Source: Octopus bimaculoides
Lineage: Eukaryota
Direction of reading: 5' to 3'
NCBI RefSeq assembly: GCF_001194135.2
Contig: NC_068981.1
Location: 6,002,021-6,046,857, forward strand
Length of the DNA stretch: 44,837 bases
Both the position numbers and the translations under genes were made by a program. Positions 23,079 through 35,261 of the stretch are shown here, piece after piece; position 1 is the first letter of the stretch; each line of letters starts with the position of its first letter. The notes under the pieces were generated by a model. That model saw only the letters and a list, made by a program, of their open reading frames with translations, searched no databases and had not been told where the DNA came from.

Positions 23079-23953
23079 GCACTATCTGAACGTGGTCGAT
23101 GGTGCTTTGGAGGACCAGGAGGTGGTGTTAAACCAGGCTGAACTATAAAATATAATCAAAAGAAATGTGACCATGTTGTGTTACCAGTCATTCTGGTCCA
23201 AATAAGTATGGGAATTTTTGTGAAAAATTATAAGTTATAGTAAAATTATAGTAAAATTACGATAAATTTTAATGAAATATATTGATGTCCTTTATTGCTT
23301 CACCTTTGTATTAATTATGGATGATGAATTTAGTTGTTCTTCATAACTTTTATAATCCCTGATATGTTTTTTATTTGAAATGTGATTTAACAATGGTCCT
23401 TTAACTAGATTTTTTCCTGTCTCGTCGTTGTCATTGTTGTCATTTAACATTCGTTTTCCATACTCACACGGTTTGAACATTTTGACAAGAGCCACATCAG
23501 ATTCCTTTGCCTGCTTTGGCACAGGGTCTGCAGCTGGATGCCCCTCCTAATGCCAACCACTTTACAGAGTATACTGGGTGCCTTTTATGTGGCACTAGCA
23601 CCAGTGGGGTTGCCAAGTAACTTGCAAGACAAAAGATTCCTTGGCTGGGAGAGGGAGTGGTTCTGAGAAAGGTGGCTTGTTCCAGTTGAGAGGTTAAAGT
23701 ATAATAGATGGATAGTTTGTGAACCTCTAATTTAAGGTGTATATATACATATATATACATATCCAAATTGAAGGAGTTGAGCAGGTAAAATCCAGGTTAC
23801 ATATGTTTCCAAGCTAGCAAAACCTCGGAAGTAATAATTACCTAACGAGGGGTGCTCTACTCACTACTCATCAGGTGGAAGATACAAACAGAGGTTGGGT
23901 TGATTGGGAGGGATAGATTATGTGTACATGTAAAACCACAAACGTACATTTAA

Positions 23954-24175
23954 CCTTTTTGATACCAACCTGGCTGTAACAGTCTCTGGCTCTGTAATAC
24001 AAATGTCTTGTTTTCATAAGTTTTGAATTAAAATCTTCCACTAAACCTTAGTCACAATTTATGTTCCTAACACTAGCTGAATGATAACTAAGTTATTTTA
24101 CTAAATTCTTTGTTATATTTAAAATTAATTGAAAGAAACACAGATCATCTCAACAGAAATATGGTAACAAAAGGG
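23954..24175. mobile_element. piggyBac-type MITE, copy 2
   Basis: TTAA|CCTTT...AAGGG|TTTAA; same internal sequence as 13042-13263. Confidence 0.8.
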
Positions 24176-24518
24176 TTTAATATCTTTCAGTTCACATATC
24201 TTTCAGTTCACATTCATGATTTAAAGAAACAAAGGAAGACTCTTAAGACAGTCCTAAATAAAATTGTTAACGTAAAAGTCAAAACAAAGAAAGATGAGGG
24301 GATGGGGACAACTGGAACGCTTTTGGCTATGGTTCAGGATTGGTTCAGGATTGGCCTTGTTTTAAGCTACAACGAAGAAAATCTCAAAGATGACCGTTTT
24401 AAAGAAAGAGTTGTCCATCGTTGATAAACTTTGGCACCAGAAGAGAATCTGCTGCATTGTGTATGTTCTGTGTATTGAAATTACAGCTGTTATTTACAGG
24501 TGGTTGCATAAGCACCGT

Positions 24519-24869
24519 AGTGGAGGCGCAATGACTCAGTCGTTAGGGCAGCGGACTCGCGGTCGTAGGATCGCGGTTTCGATTCCCAGACCGGCGTTGT
24601 GAGTGTTTATTGAGCGAAAACACCTAAAACCCCACGAGGCTCTGGCAGGAGTATTGTGGCGAACCCTGCTGTACTCTTTCACCACAACTTTCTCTCACTC
24701 TTACTTTCTGTTGTGCCTGTAATTCAAAGGGTCAGCCTTGTCACACTGTGTGTCACGCTGAATCTCCCCGAGAACTACGTTAAGAGTACACCTGTCTGTG
24801 GAGTGCTCAGCCACTTGCACGTTAATTTCATTCTCGACGTCGTAAGCGACGGAGTGCCAACAACAACAA
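24519..24869 (+). mobile_element. Full-length tRNA-type SINE (family D) with (CAA)n tail and 12-bp TSD, immediately upstream of APEX2
   Basis: A-box-like TGACTCAGTCGTTAG and B-box GGTTTCGATTCCC. TSD CATAAGCACCGT at 24507-24518 and 24870-24881. Confidence 0.9.
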
Positions 24870-25074
24870 CATAAGCACCGTTAGTTCAATATTCTGCATC
24901 AGATAAAAAGACTAAATGGTCAAGGTGGACATTGAGATAAATCCTGGCCTGGCTCCAAGCAGGATATAAGTGGGGTAACTCTAATACATTTTGAGTGATT
25001 TATCTCCCTTGCTTAAGAGCGCTCAGTCAAGGGAGGTAACTTGTTGAAGGGGGCTTTTGCTTTACCGCGGAAAC

Positions 25075-25189
25075 ATGAAGTTATTAACGTGGAATATTAA
25101 CGGGATCCGAGCGAGTAAAATACCAATTCACCAATTGCTGGAATCTTTACAGGCAGATATTATTTGTTTTCAGGAAACCAAAATCACTC
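25075..25189 (+). CDS. APEX2: APEX2 coding exon 1
   Basis: aaacATG; MKLLTWNINGIRASK...FQETKIT; donor C|gtgagt. Confidence 0.94.
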
Positions 25190-25325
25190 GTGAGTTTGGA
25201 ATATCATTTCATTTTAATTCTTCTAATTACAAATTGCAAAACAAAACACTTGTCTACCGTAAGAGGTAACAACAGAATACAGACATACATGTGTCTATGT
25301 ATGTATGTATGTATCTATCTATCTA

Positions 25326-25376
<51 letters not shown>

Positions 25377-26653
25377 NNNNNNNNNNNNNNNNNNNNNNNN
25401 NNNNNNNNNNNNNNNNNNNNNNNNNNNNNNNNNNNNNNNNNNNNNNNNNNNNNNNNNNNNNNNNNNNNNNNNNNNNNNNNNNNNNNNNNNNNNNNNNNNN
25501 NNNNNNNNNNNNNNNNNNNNNNNNNNNNNNNNNNNNNNNNNNNNNNNNNNNNNNNNNNNNNNNNNNNNNNNNNNNNNNNNNNNNNNNNNNNNNNNNNNNN
25601 NNNNNNNNNNNNNNNNNNNNNNNNNNNNNNNNNNNNNNNNNNNNNNNNNNNNNNNNNNNNNNNNNNNNNNNNNNNNNNNNNNNNNNNNNNNNNNNNNNNN
25701 NNNNNNNNNNNNNNNNNNNNNNNNNNNNNNNNNNNNNNNNNNNNNNNNNNNNNNNNNNNNNNNNNNNNNNNNNNNNNNNNNNNNNNNNNNNNNNNNNNNN
25801 NNNNNNNNNNNNNNNNNNNNNNNNNNNNNNNNNNNNNNNNNNNNNNNNNNNNNNNNNNNNNNNNNNNNNNNNNNNNNNNNNNNNNNNNNNNNNNNNNNNN
25901 NNNNNNNNNNNNNNNNNNNNNNNNNNNNNNNNNNNNNNNNNNNNNNNNNNNNNNNNNNNNNNNNNNNNNNNNNNNNNNNNNNNNNNNNNNNNNNNNNNNN
26001 NNNNNNNNNNNNNNNNNNNNNNNNNNNNNNNNNNNNNNNNNNNNNNNNNNNNNNNNNNNNNNNNNNNNNNNNNNNNNNNNNNNNNNNNNNNNNNNNNNNN
26101 NNNNNNNNNNNNNNNNNNNNNNNNNNNNNNNNNNNNNNNNNNNNNNNNNNNNNNNNNNNNNNNNNNNNNNNNNNNNNNNNNNNNNNNNNNNNNNNNNNNN
26201 NNNNNNNNNNNNNNNNNNNNNNNNNNNNNNNNNNNNNNNNNNNNNNNNNNNNNNNNNNNNNNNNNNNNNNNNNNNNNNNNNNNNNNNNNNNNNNNNNNNN
26301 NNNNNNNNNNNNNNNNNNNNNNNNNNNNNNNNNNNNNNNNNNNNNNNNNNNNNNNNNNNNNNNTAATTCCCCTTTGGAAACATGGGTGTTTTGCTCAACA
26401 TCCTTAAACCTTATTCAGGGACCTTTTGAGTGGGATGGGTTACTCGTCCTGAAGAAAATTCTAACTGGGCCCCACCTGCAAGGTCACGTGCTGTTTATCT
26501 TGACATGAGATCACCATGTCACGCACATATGGTTGTGATGCATGTGCCTGGTGTACCCTTATCAGACGGGTAGTCATGATGGGTATAATGGGCTTCGTAT
26601 ATTTTACCATAGTCTCACTTTGATAGTATTCACTGGTCTCTCACTCAATAATG

Positions 26654-26685
<32 letters not shown>

Positions 26686-28186
26686 CTTTTCTACTATAGG
26701 CACAAGGCCTGGAATTTGTGGGTAGGGATCTAGTTGATTACATTGATCCAGTACTTGACTGGTACTTAATTTATTGACCCAGAAAGGATGAAAGGCATAT
26801 TCGACCTTGGCAGAATTTGAACCCAGAATGTAAAGATGGCCGAAATGCTGCAAAACATTTTGCCTGGCCTGCTAACGATGCTGCCAATTCGCCAATAATA
26901 ATGTGAAATGGCCAACACCAACCACCGTACTCAGGATTTTGACAATCTCCTTCTCTTTTCTACGATGACATAATCTAAATTCCTTTCCAACCGATTTGAA
27001 TGTGAATATGCTAATCACTGTTGTATTTCATCGTTGGGGGACAACTTCTCCTTTCAGATGAATCTGTGCTTATAACAATTTTTGATTTATTGATCCAACC
27101 AAATTCTGGGGTACCATGGTGTTTCAGCCTTGTATGTCCCTTCAGACAAAGCTAAATGAGACCAATGAATCTAACAAGAATATTTGGTTCTTGTTTGTTG
27201 AATTTTTTCTGATTATGAAGAAGTTATAGGAAGCGTATTTTTTCAAATTCCATTGGAAGTGTAATGGGCTGTGAATACTGAAATGGTTTTCATAGTCTTG
27301 CATTCTTGTTTGTTATTTACTTTTTGTTCTCCCTTTCTTGTTCATCTTTTGTTCTCAAAAATGATCAAAGCTTCACCTCTCAGATACCAATGGCCCTTCT
27401 TAAAGAGCATCACCAATGGAATATGTGGTTGCTCAGGTCACTGGAAAATCGTGACTGATCCTGTCTAGACTACACAATCCATATGCCCTCATGTACAAGG
27501 AAACTAGAGAACTGATGATATTTCCTTGTCTAACATATATAATATCCCAGCTTACACATGGAACGTCTACTGTCTGTAGTTCTCAGGAGCTAGGGTCCTA
27601 ACTCGTTCTGGAATTATAGTGAAAAGGGGCTGTGCGAGACAACCAGGCACACTGTCTTGTCCCCAACTTCCTGGATCAGTGGCAAGGTAGGTCAAGACAA
27701 CTAGAAGTATTTTCGGATGCTGGGAGATGACCAGGGTTATCTTTGTGTCTCACTGTGCTCTGAGATGTGCATCTTACAGGGACATTGCTGGACATTGGCC
27801 TTCTGTTGTTGAAAGTTGACCAACTATCATTGGGTTTCTTTTACACATTCCACTAATGTGGATGAGGGGATAAGGAGCTTGCTTCCAACCATGTGATCTC
27901 AGGTTCAGTCCCTCTGTGTGGAACCTTGGGGAAGTGCCCTCTATTATGGCCCCAAGCTGAACAAAGCCTTGTGACTGAATTTGGTTTGATAAAAACTGAT
28001 AAGAAGCTTGTTGGGAACATTAAAACAATGATGATGATGATAGTGCAAGCATGATTGTGTGGTTGAGAAGTTTGTTCCCTAACCGCATGGTTTCAAGTTC
28101 AGTTCCACTGCATAGTGCCTTGGGCAGGTATCTTCTGTGGTTCCAAGCTCACCAAAGCCTTCTGAGTGGATTTGGTAGATAGAAGC

Positions 28187-28259
<73 letters not shown>

Positions 28260-31200
28260 GTATGTTTGTATGTATGTGTGTGTGTGTGTGTGTGTCCGTT
28301 TCTTGGCATTGTGATTTCTAATATTCTGTGAGATTATGTCAGGCTATGAAGAAAGATTACTTTGCTTGGAAGCTGGTGAGGGTGGGTGACAGGAAAAGCA
28401 TCTGGCTGTAGAGAAAGAATCTGCCTTAATAATTAATGCCAACAACGAAGAGTGGATTTCAAAACAATGATGAAGAGGATGAACCTTTGGTAGGAAGACT
28501 TGTTGAAGGTTTGAATGAAATTGTGTGTGTATGAGAGAGAGAGAGAGAGATACACTTGCTGGATCACAGAATGAGAGAGAGAGAGTTTAGTCAAGTTCTC
28601 TTTTAATTGGTTAATTAACTGTATCTAATTAGTAGAGTCCTACCATTTCCATCTGCTTATTGAGGACAGTATAGTTGATCATTCAACTTCAACTTCTGTA
28701 TGTCATTAGTCATTTCTGTTAATCAAATAACTATATCAATCACAGTTAGAATAATTTACTATTTATCATAATCAAGGTGGTGTGAGCTGAAGGAATCGTT
28801 AGCAGAGCGGCATGTCACCTGTCTTCGTGTTCTCATCTCAAATTCTGCTGAGGCCACCTTTGCCTTTCATCCGTTCGGAGTCGGTCGATAAAACAAGGAC
28901 CAGTTGTAATCAACTTAACCCCTCACCTGAAATTGCTGGCCTTGTGCTAAACTTTGAAACCAATATTTATCGTAAACAGTGTGGGTATAATTGACCCTTT
29001 CGTTAATAACCTGGCTGAACCCGCCTCTGGCTCTGAGTACAAATGTCTTGTTTTCATAAGTTCTGAATCAAAATCTTCCACCAAACCTTAGTCACAATTT
29101 GTATTCCCAACACTAGCTGAATGATAACTAAGTTATTTTACTAAATTCTTTGTTATATTTAAAATAATTGAAAGAAACACAGAGCATCTCAAAGTAAATG
29201 CAGTAACGAAAGGGTTAATGGATAATTATCATAATTAGGTTGTATGGCATGAGTTATTATTACTGAGTGTGTGATAAAGTAATATTCATTATAATTAGTG
29301 TGCATGTGTGTACTTAATTAATATAATTAGTATGCAATAAATTAATAATTAGTGTATGATAAATTAATATTGATCTTAATTAGTAAGTGAGATAAATTAA
29401 TATTTAAAGAACAAATAAATGCCACATTTATATGGTCATGTGATAGTGTTTATAGTGAAATTCTAAATATTGGTTTCGAATTTTGGCACAAGGCCAGCAG
29501 TTTTTGTAGGGAGGGGGTAAGTTGACCCAGTGTCTGACTGGTACTTATTTTATTGGCCCTGAAAGGAGGAAAGAAAAGTTAACCTTGGCTGAATTTGAAC
29601 TCAAAACATGAAAACAAACAAAACACAGCTAAGCATTTTGCCCAACGAGCTAATGCTTCTGCCAGCTCGTCACCCTAACGAAATTATAGGTATTATCTGC
29701 TATCATAAACACAAGACCTCAAATTTGGTGGAAAAGATCATCATCATCATCATCATCGTCACCATCATCATCATCGTCACCATCATCATCATCGTCACCA
29801 TCATCATCATCGTCACCATCATCATCATCATCTAATGGCCATCTTCCATGCAAAAATAATCTAGATGGTTTGACAGGATGTGATGGATCCAAGGAATGCT
29901 TTGACATGGTTTCTAAAGCTGGGAACCATTCTTAACCTCCAACCACTTTCACAGCATGCATTAGGTACTTTCTTGTGGCACCAGCCCTACTGGTATTTTC
30001 TCTGTAATTCTGCTATAGATTCAGCCAAGAGAACCACATCCTCAGCATGTAGGAGTTCCCATAGACTCCATTGTGGTGATCTGCAAGACAATGATAATAA
30101 AGAGGAGGGGACTTAGGACTGAAGCCTGTTGGACCCTGAAATCATTGACTCTCTTTTATTTGCTGCATCTTTGTACCTGACTTGTACAACAGTCCTTACA
30201 AGCCATTTGGATGAACATAAAGTCCCCGGTATTTAACAGGTATTTTATTGACCCTGGTAAAATGAATGGATGAAGTTGAATGCAGCAGCATTTGAACTCA
30301 AACACTTAAATCCAACACAAGGCATGTTGTGTTGTGCTCTACTGATTCTGCCAAACGACTTTCTGATCTCTAGATTTCTATTCTCTGCCATGTTTACATG
30401 TTAATTGTATCTTTTCCTTTGCCATTACCTGTGAAATAGTTTCCCCCCTTTTTTCTCTCCTCCCAGGTGACATGTTAGATGAGATGACGGCAATAGTGGA
30501 CGGCTACAATGCATTTTTCAGTTTCTCTCGTAAAAGAAGTGGTTACTCTGGTAAGTTCCACCTCCTGAGGAGATGTCACGCTTTTGTAATTAAGTAGTAA
30601 TTAAGTTGTAATTAATGGAAACCCTTGACTTGTTGTTGTTTTTCTGTTGGCCCTTTAGGTGTTGTGACCTACTGTAAAGACCACTGTCTCCCAGTTAAAG
30701 CTGAAGAAGGTTTATCAGGGACCCTTAACAAGAAAGGGGCTGACGATGTTGTTGGTTACTATGGTGATCACAGTGAGTTTTCAAAAGATGAGCTTGATGC
30801 TCTTGATGCTGAAGGCCGAACTGTGATAACCCAACACGAGATTAGGTAGATATTTACTCAACGTTTTACATTTAAATATACAGTAGAACCTCGCAGTATG
30901 AGTGCACCATTATACGAGTAGTTTGCTGTACAAGCCGAGACTCATGTGAATTTTTGTCTTAAAGTACAAGCATAAATCCGTAGTACGAGCACACAAATCG
31001 TCCCATATTTAAGGCAATTCAGTTAATAAAACCAATTTACATAATTCTTTTGCATTCTCTTTCTTTATAATTGTCATTTTACTTGTAACTACACCTTTTC
31101 TGTTTTGAAACCCATAAAAAATTACTTTTGAGTGTTTTTGTAGGCTGAAACGGATTATATTTTAGTTAATTTCATTGGGGAAAATTGATTTGTAAAACGA

Positions 31201-33514
31201 GTAAGTCATAAGATTATCTTGGTTATGGAACGAATTGAACTTGTACTGTGAGGTATCGCTGTATTTAAATTATCTATTAAAATATGTACTTAATTATTTA
31301 TATCTACGGAGATGTACTTGCATAGCAAGTGACCTGATCTGAAATTGTGTGCTGTAACGAAAACAATTGCAGTGTGGAAGGTGTTTATAAGCCATTTAAA
31401 AACACACAAAAACTGTTAGATTCACTTCAACATTTAAATTTAATTTGCCAAAATATTTTCATCACTTTGAGACCGAGACTTGTTCATTGACAAAATTCCG
31501 TGTTGCACAGCAAATTAAATTTAAATCTTGAAGTGAATCTAACAGTTTTTGTTGTTGTATGTGATTTAACGTTGTCTCCTGTTTTGTCTTGTAGGAATCC
31601 TGACGGCAGCTGCAGTCAAATGGCTATCATTAATGTCTACTGCCCACGATATGATTCTGAAAATGAAGAACGTCACAGCTTCAAACTGAGGTTCTTCGCT
31701 CTCTTACAAACCCGAGCTGAGGCATTAATTGAAAGCGGCAGGTAGAGTTTCTTTCCGTCTTTTGTCTCCCCATTCTTCCTTTTCCTTTTGTCCCTCAATT
31801 TCCTGACTTCAGACCTTGCTACAGTGAAGTTCTTTTCTCCTTTATGATTCTGGGGTTGAAATAAAATTCACCCTTTAGCATATCAAACCAGCCAGATCTG
31901 AACTCTTACACCTACCCTACAATGTCATTCTAAAAATATACAACCCCTTCATTGAAATCTCAAGGCTTCAAGAATAGACTTGACTGAATGACTGTAAATA
32001 GTAGCGGTCTGAGTGAGAGAGAGAGAGAGTAGGCATTAATCGCAGGAAGTCCTAAGGTGTCATTTGGTTGTTTGTTGGAATATCATTTGTTGGTCCGTGT
32101 ATAGTTCATGGATAATTTATTGGATTCTTACGTTGTTGTTACCCTGCTTCATTGTATATTTTGTTACTACACGGTTATAGTGTAAAAAAGTACCGTCATA
32201 AATAGTGACAATACTACAATAATTGGTGACGAGCTGGCAGAAACGTTAGCACGCTGGGCGAAATGCTTAGCAGTATTCCATCTGTCTTTACATTCTGAGT
32301 TCAAATTCCACCGAGGTCGACTTTGCCTTTCATCCTTTCAGGGTCAATATATTAAGTACCAGTTGCATACTGCGGTCGATCTAATCGATTGGGCCCCTCC
32401 CCCAAAATTTCTGGTCTCTGCTCCTCTGAACCAAACCAGTTACATACCCTTTCCTTCCAGGCCCACTCCTCTCGACAAGCAAGTGATGCACCCTCTCCAC
32501 CCAGACTCATTTCTGTTACCAATTTCTCCCCTTCCCCATCACCATTATTTTNNNNNNNNNNTGAACCAACTGTCTCCGCTCAGGCCTACTTCTCTGAACA
32601 CCCTCTCCATCCTGGCCCACATTTCCCACCAGATACTTTTACTGTGCTTCACCGTTCCAACACCACACTTAACAACCTCAGCCTGTGATCCCTTCCCAGA
32701 ACTGTGGCCCCCACCCCCCTCAGCTTAGTCTCTCCAAACACTCACCTTTATTCAACTAGAACATTAATTCCTGTCACAAACCTGGGAGCGTAGCCAGCAG
32801 CTGTCACAGTCACTGCCCCTCCCATCCCTCCTCTCATTTGCTTATCAATGTAATAATAATAATAATAATAATTTCAAATTTTTGCCACAAGGGTAGCTTG
32901 GGGGATGAGTCGATTACATCGACCCCAGTGTTTCACTGGTACTTAATTCATCAACTCTGAAAAGAATAAAGGCTAAGTCAACCTTGGTGGAATTTGAACT
33001 CAGAATGTGGTCAAGGGTGAAATACCACTAAGCATTTCGTCCAGTGTGTCAACGGTTCTGTCAGCTCATCACCTTAATAATAATAATAATAATGATAATA
33101 ATAATAATAATAATAGAATAGGAAGCCAGACATAGTGTTGATTGAGAAAGAAAGCAAACGATGCTGGATCATAGATATAGCAAACCCAGCTGACAAGGTA
33201 TGCGATGAGGAAGAAAGAAAAGTCGAGAGATATAACAGGTTAGCTTGGGAAGTTAAGCAGCTGTGGTCAATGAAAAAGGTAGCAGTAGTACCAATAATTG
33301 TCGGAGTCCTGGGAACAGTGAGTAAAAATCTCAAGAAGTACGTGGAACAATTAGGGGCAGCAATAAGGGTGGAGCACTTGCAGAAAACAGCACTGCTTAG
33401 AACCGCTCGAATACTCTGGAAGGTGCTCGAAAAATAAGAGGTGTTACCTTAGTTCACTGGTTGTGAACAGCTGACACAGTAGTACATCTCCAGCATTAGA
33501 AGCTGTGCAAAGGC

Positions 33515-33553
<39 letters not shown>

Positions 33554-35220
33554 CATCATCATCATTGTCCCTATTTCTAAGGCTGCTAATGGCCAAATCG
33601 TTAGCACACTGGCAAAATTCTTAGCTGAATTTTTTCCGTCTTTACGTTCTGAGTTCAAATAGTGTTGGGGCTGGCTTTGCCTTTCACCCTTTATAGGGCT
33701 TGATAAAAGAATTACCAGTCGAGCACTGGGGTCGACTTAGCCCCTCCCCTCAAACTGCTGGCCTTGTGCCAATATTTGAAACCAATGTTGTCCTCATTTC
33801 TCTTTGCAGTCATGTGATCATTTTGGGAGACTTAAATACAACACATCAGAACATGGACCATTGTGAACCAGATTCAGAGGTCAGTGCTTTGGTATGCTTG
33901 ATTGCGCTTTGAACTTTAATGAAGATAATTAGATGATAACTTTGTGTGTGTTTAATCTATTTTAGAACACAATGTGTGTGAGGAATTCCTACTTCACATG
34001 TCATTGTGTGGATCTTTCATTTGTTTCAGTCATTTGACTGTGGCCATGCTGGAGCACTGCCTTTAGTCGAACAAATCGACCCCAAGACTTATTCTTTGTA
34101 AGCCTTGTACTTATTCTATCGGTCCTTTTTACTGAACCACTAAGTTATGGGGACGAAAACACACCAACCTCAGTTGTCAAGCAATGGTGGCGGGACAAAC
34201 ACAGTCACACAAACACATATACAGTAATTCCTCGCCATATTGCGGATCACCTATCGTGGTCCACCTATCGAGTCCCTCCTATCACGGTTCACTTGTCATG
34301 GTTTATTATTTCAGCTCACATCGATTCCTCTCTGGTGTTGTTTTGCTTTTATAATAAAATAAATATACACAAATTATAAAAATAATAAAACAAAATATAT
34401 ACAGTCCAATATTGTTTCTATTTCCTGGATTTTCACCTATGGCGGAGGGTTTTGGAACGTATCACCCGCGATAGTCGAGGGATTACTGTATATATGGTGG
34501 TTGTCTACTCCTTATGCAGAGTCTCACCACCTCCTGTACCTACACCTTAGCACCATCATGGCATCTGATGTGGCTTTTTAAACCAGACAGTGTATTGAAA
34601 AGACACCCGCATAGATTGCATATCTGATTTGGACCACAAAGAGCTGCAGATAAGTTCTGATCTTTGTATATATATATATATATATGCCCAGGAAGACCTG
34701 GGCTGAGGTGGTGAGACAAGACCTTCGTACATTAGGCCTCACCGAGGCAATGACTACTGACCGAGACCTTTGGAAATGTGCTGTGCGTGAGAAGACCCGG
34801 CAAGCCAAGTAAGATCGTTGCCAGTGCCCCTGGACTGGTTCTTGTGCGGGTGGCACATGAGATGCNNNNNNNNNNNNNNNNNNNNNNNNNNNNNNNNNNN
34901 NNNNNNNNNNNNNNNNNNNNNNNNNNNNNNNNNNNNNNNNNNNNNNNNNNNNNNNNNNNNNNNNNNNNNNNNNNNNNNNNNNNNNNNNNNNNNNNNNNNN
35001 NNNNNNNNNNNNNNNNNNNNNNNNNNNNNNNNNNNNNNNNNNNNNNNNNNNNNNNNNNNNNNNNNNNNNNNNNNNNNNNNNNNNNNNNNNNNNNNNNNNN
35101 NNNNNNNNNNNNNNNNNNNNNNNNNNNNNNNNNNNNNNNNNNNNNNNNNNNNNNNNNNNNNNNNNNNNNNNNNNNNNNNNNNNNNNNNNNNNNNNNNNNN
35201 NNNNNNNNNNNNNNNNNNNN

Positions 35221-35261
<41 letters not shown>

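Noticed and set aside
24519-24600. tRNA gene (also at 9224, 17099 and the SINE-B heads)
   Set aside because: Only A/B boxes are present, with no convincing cloverleaf; each continues into a SINE body and tail.
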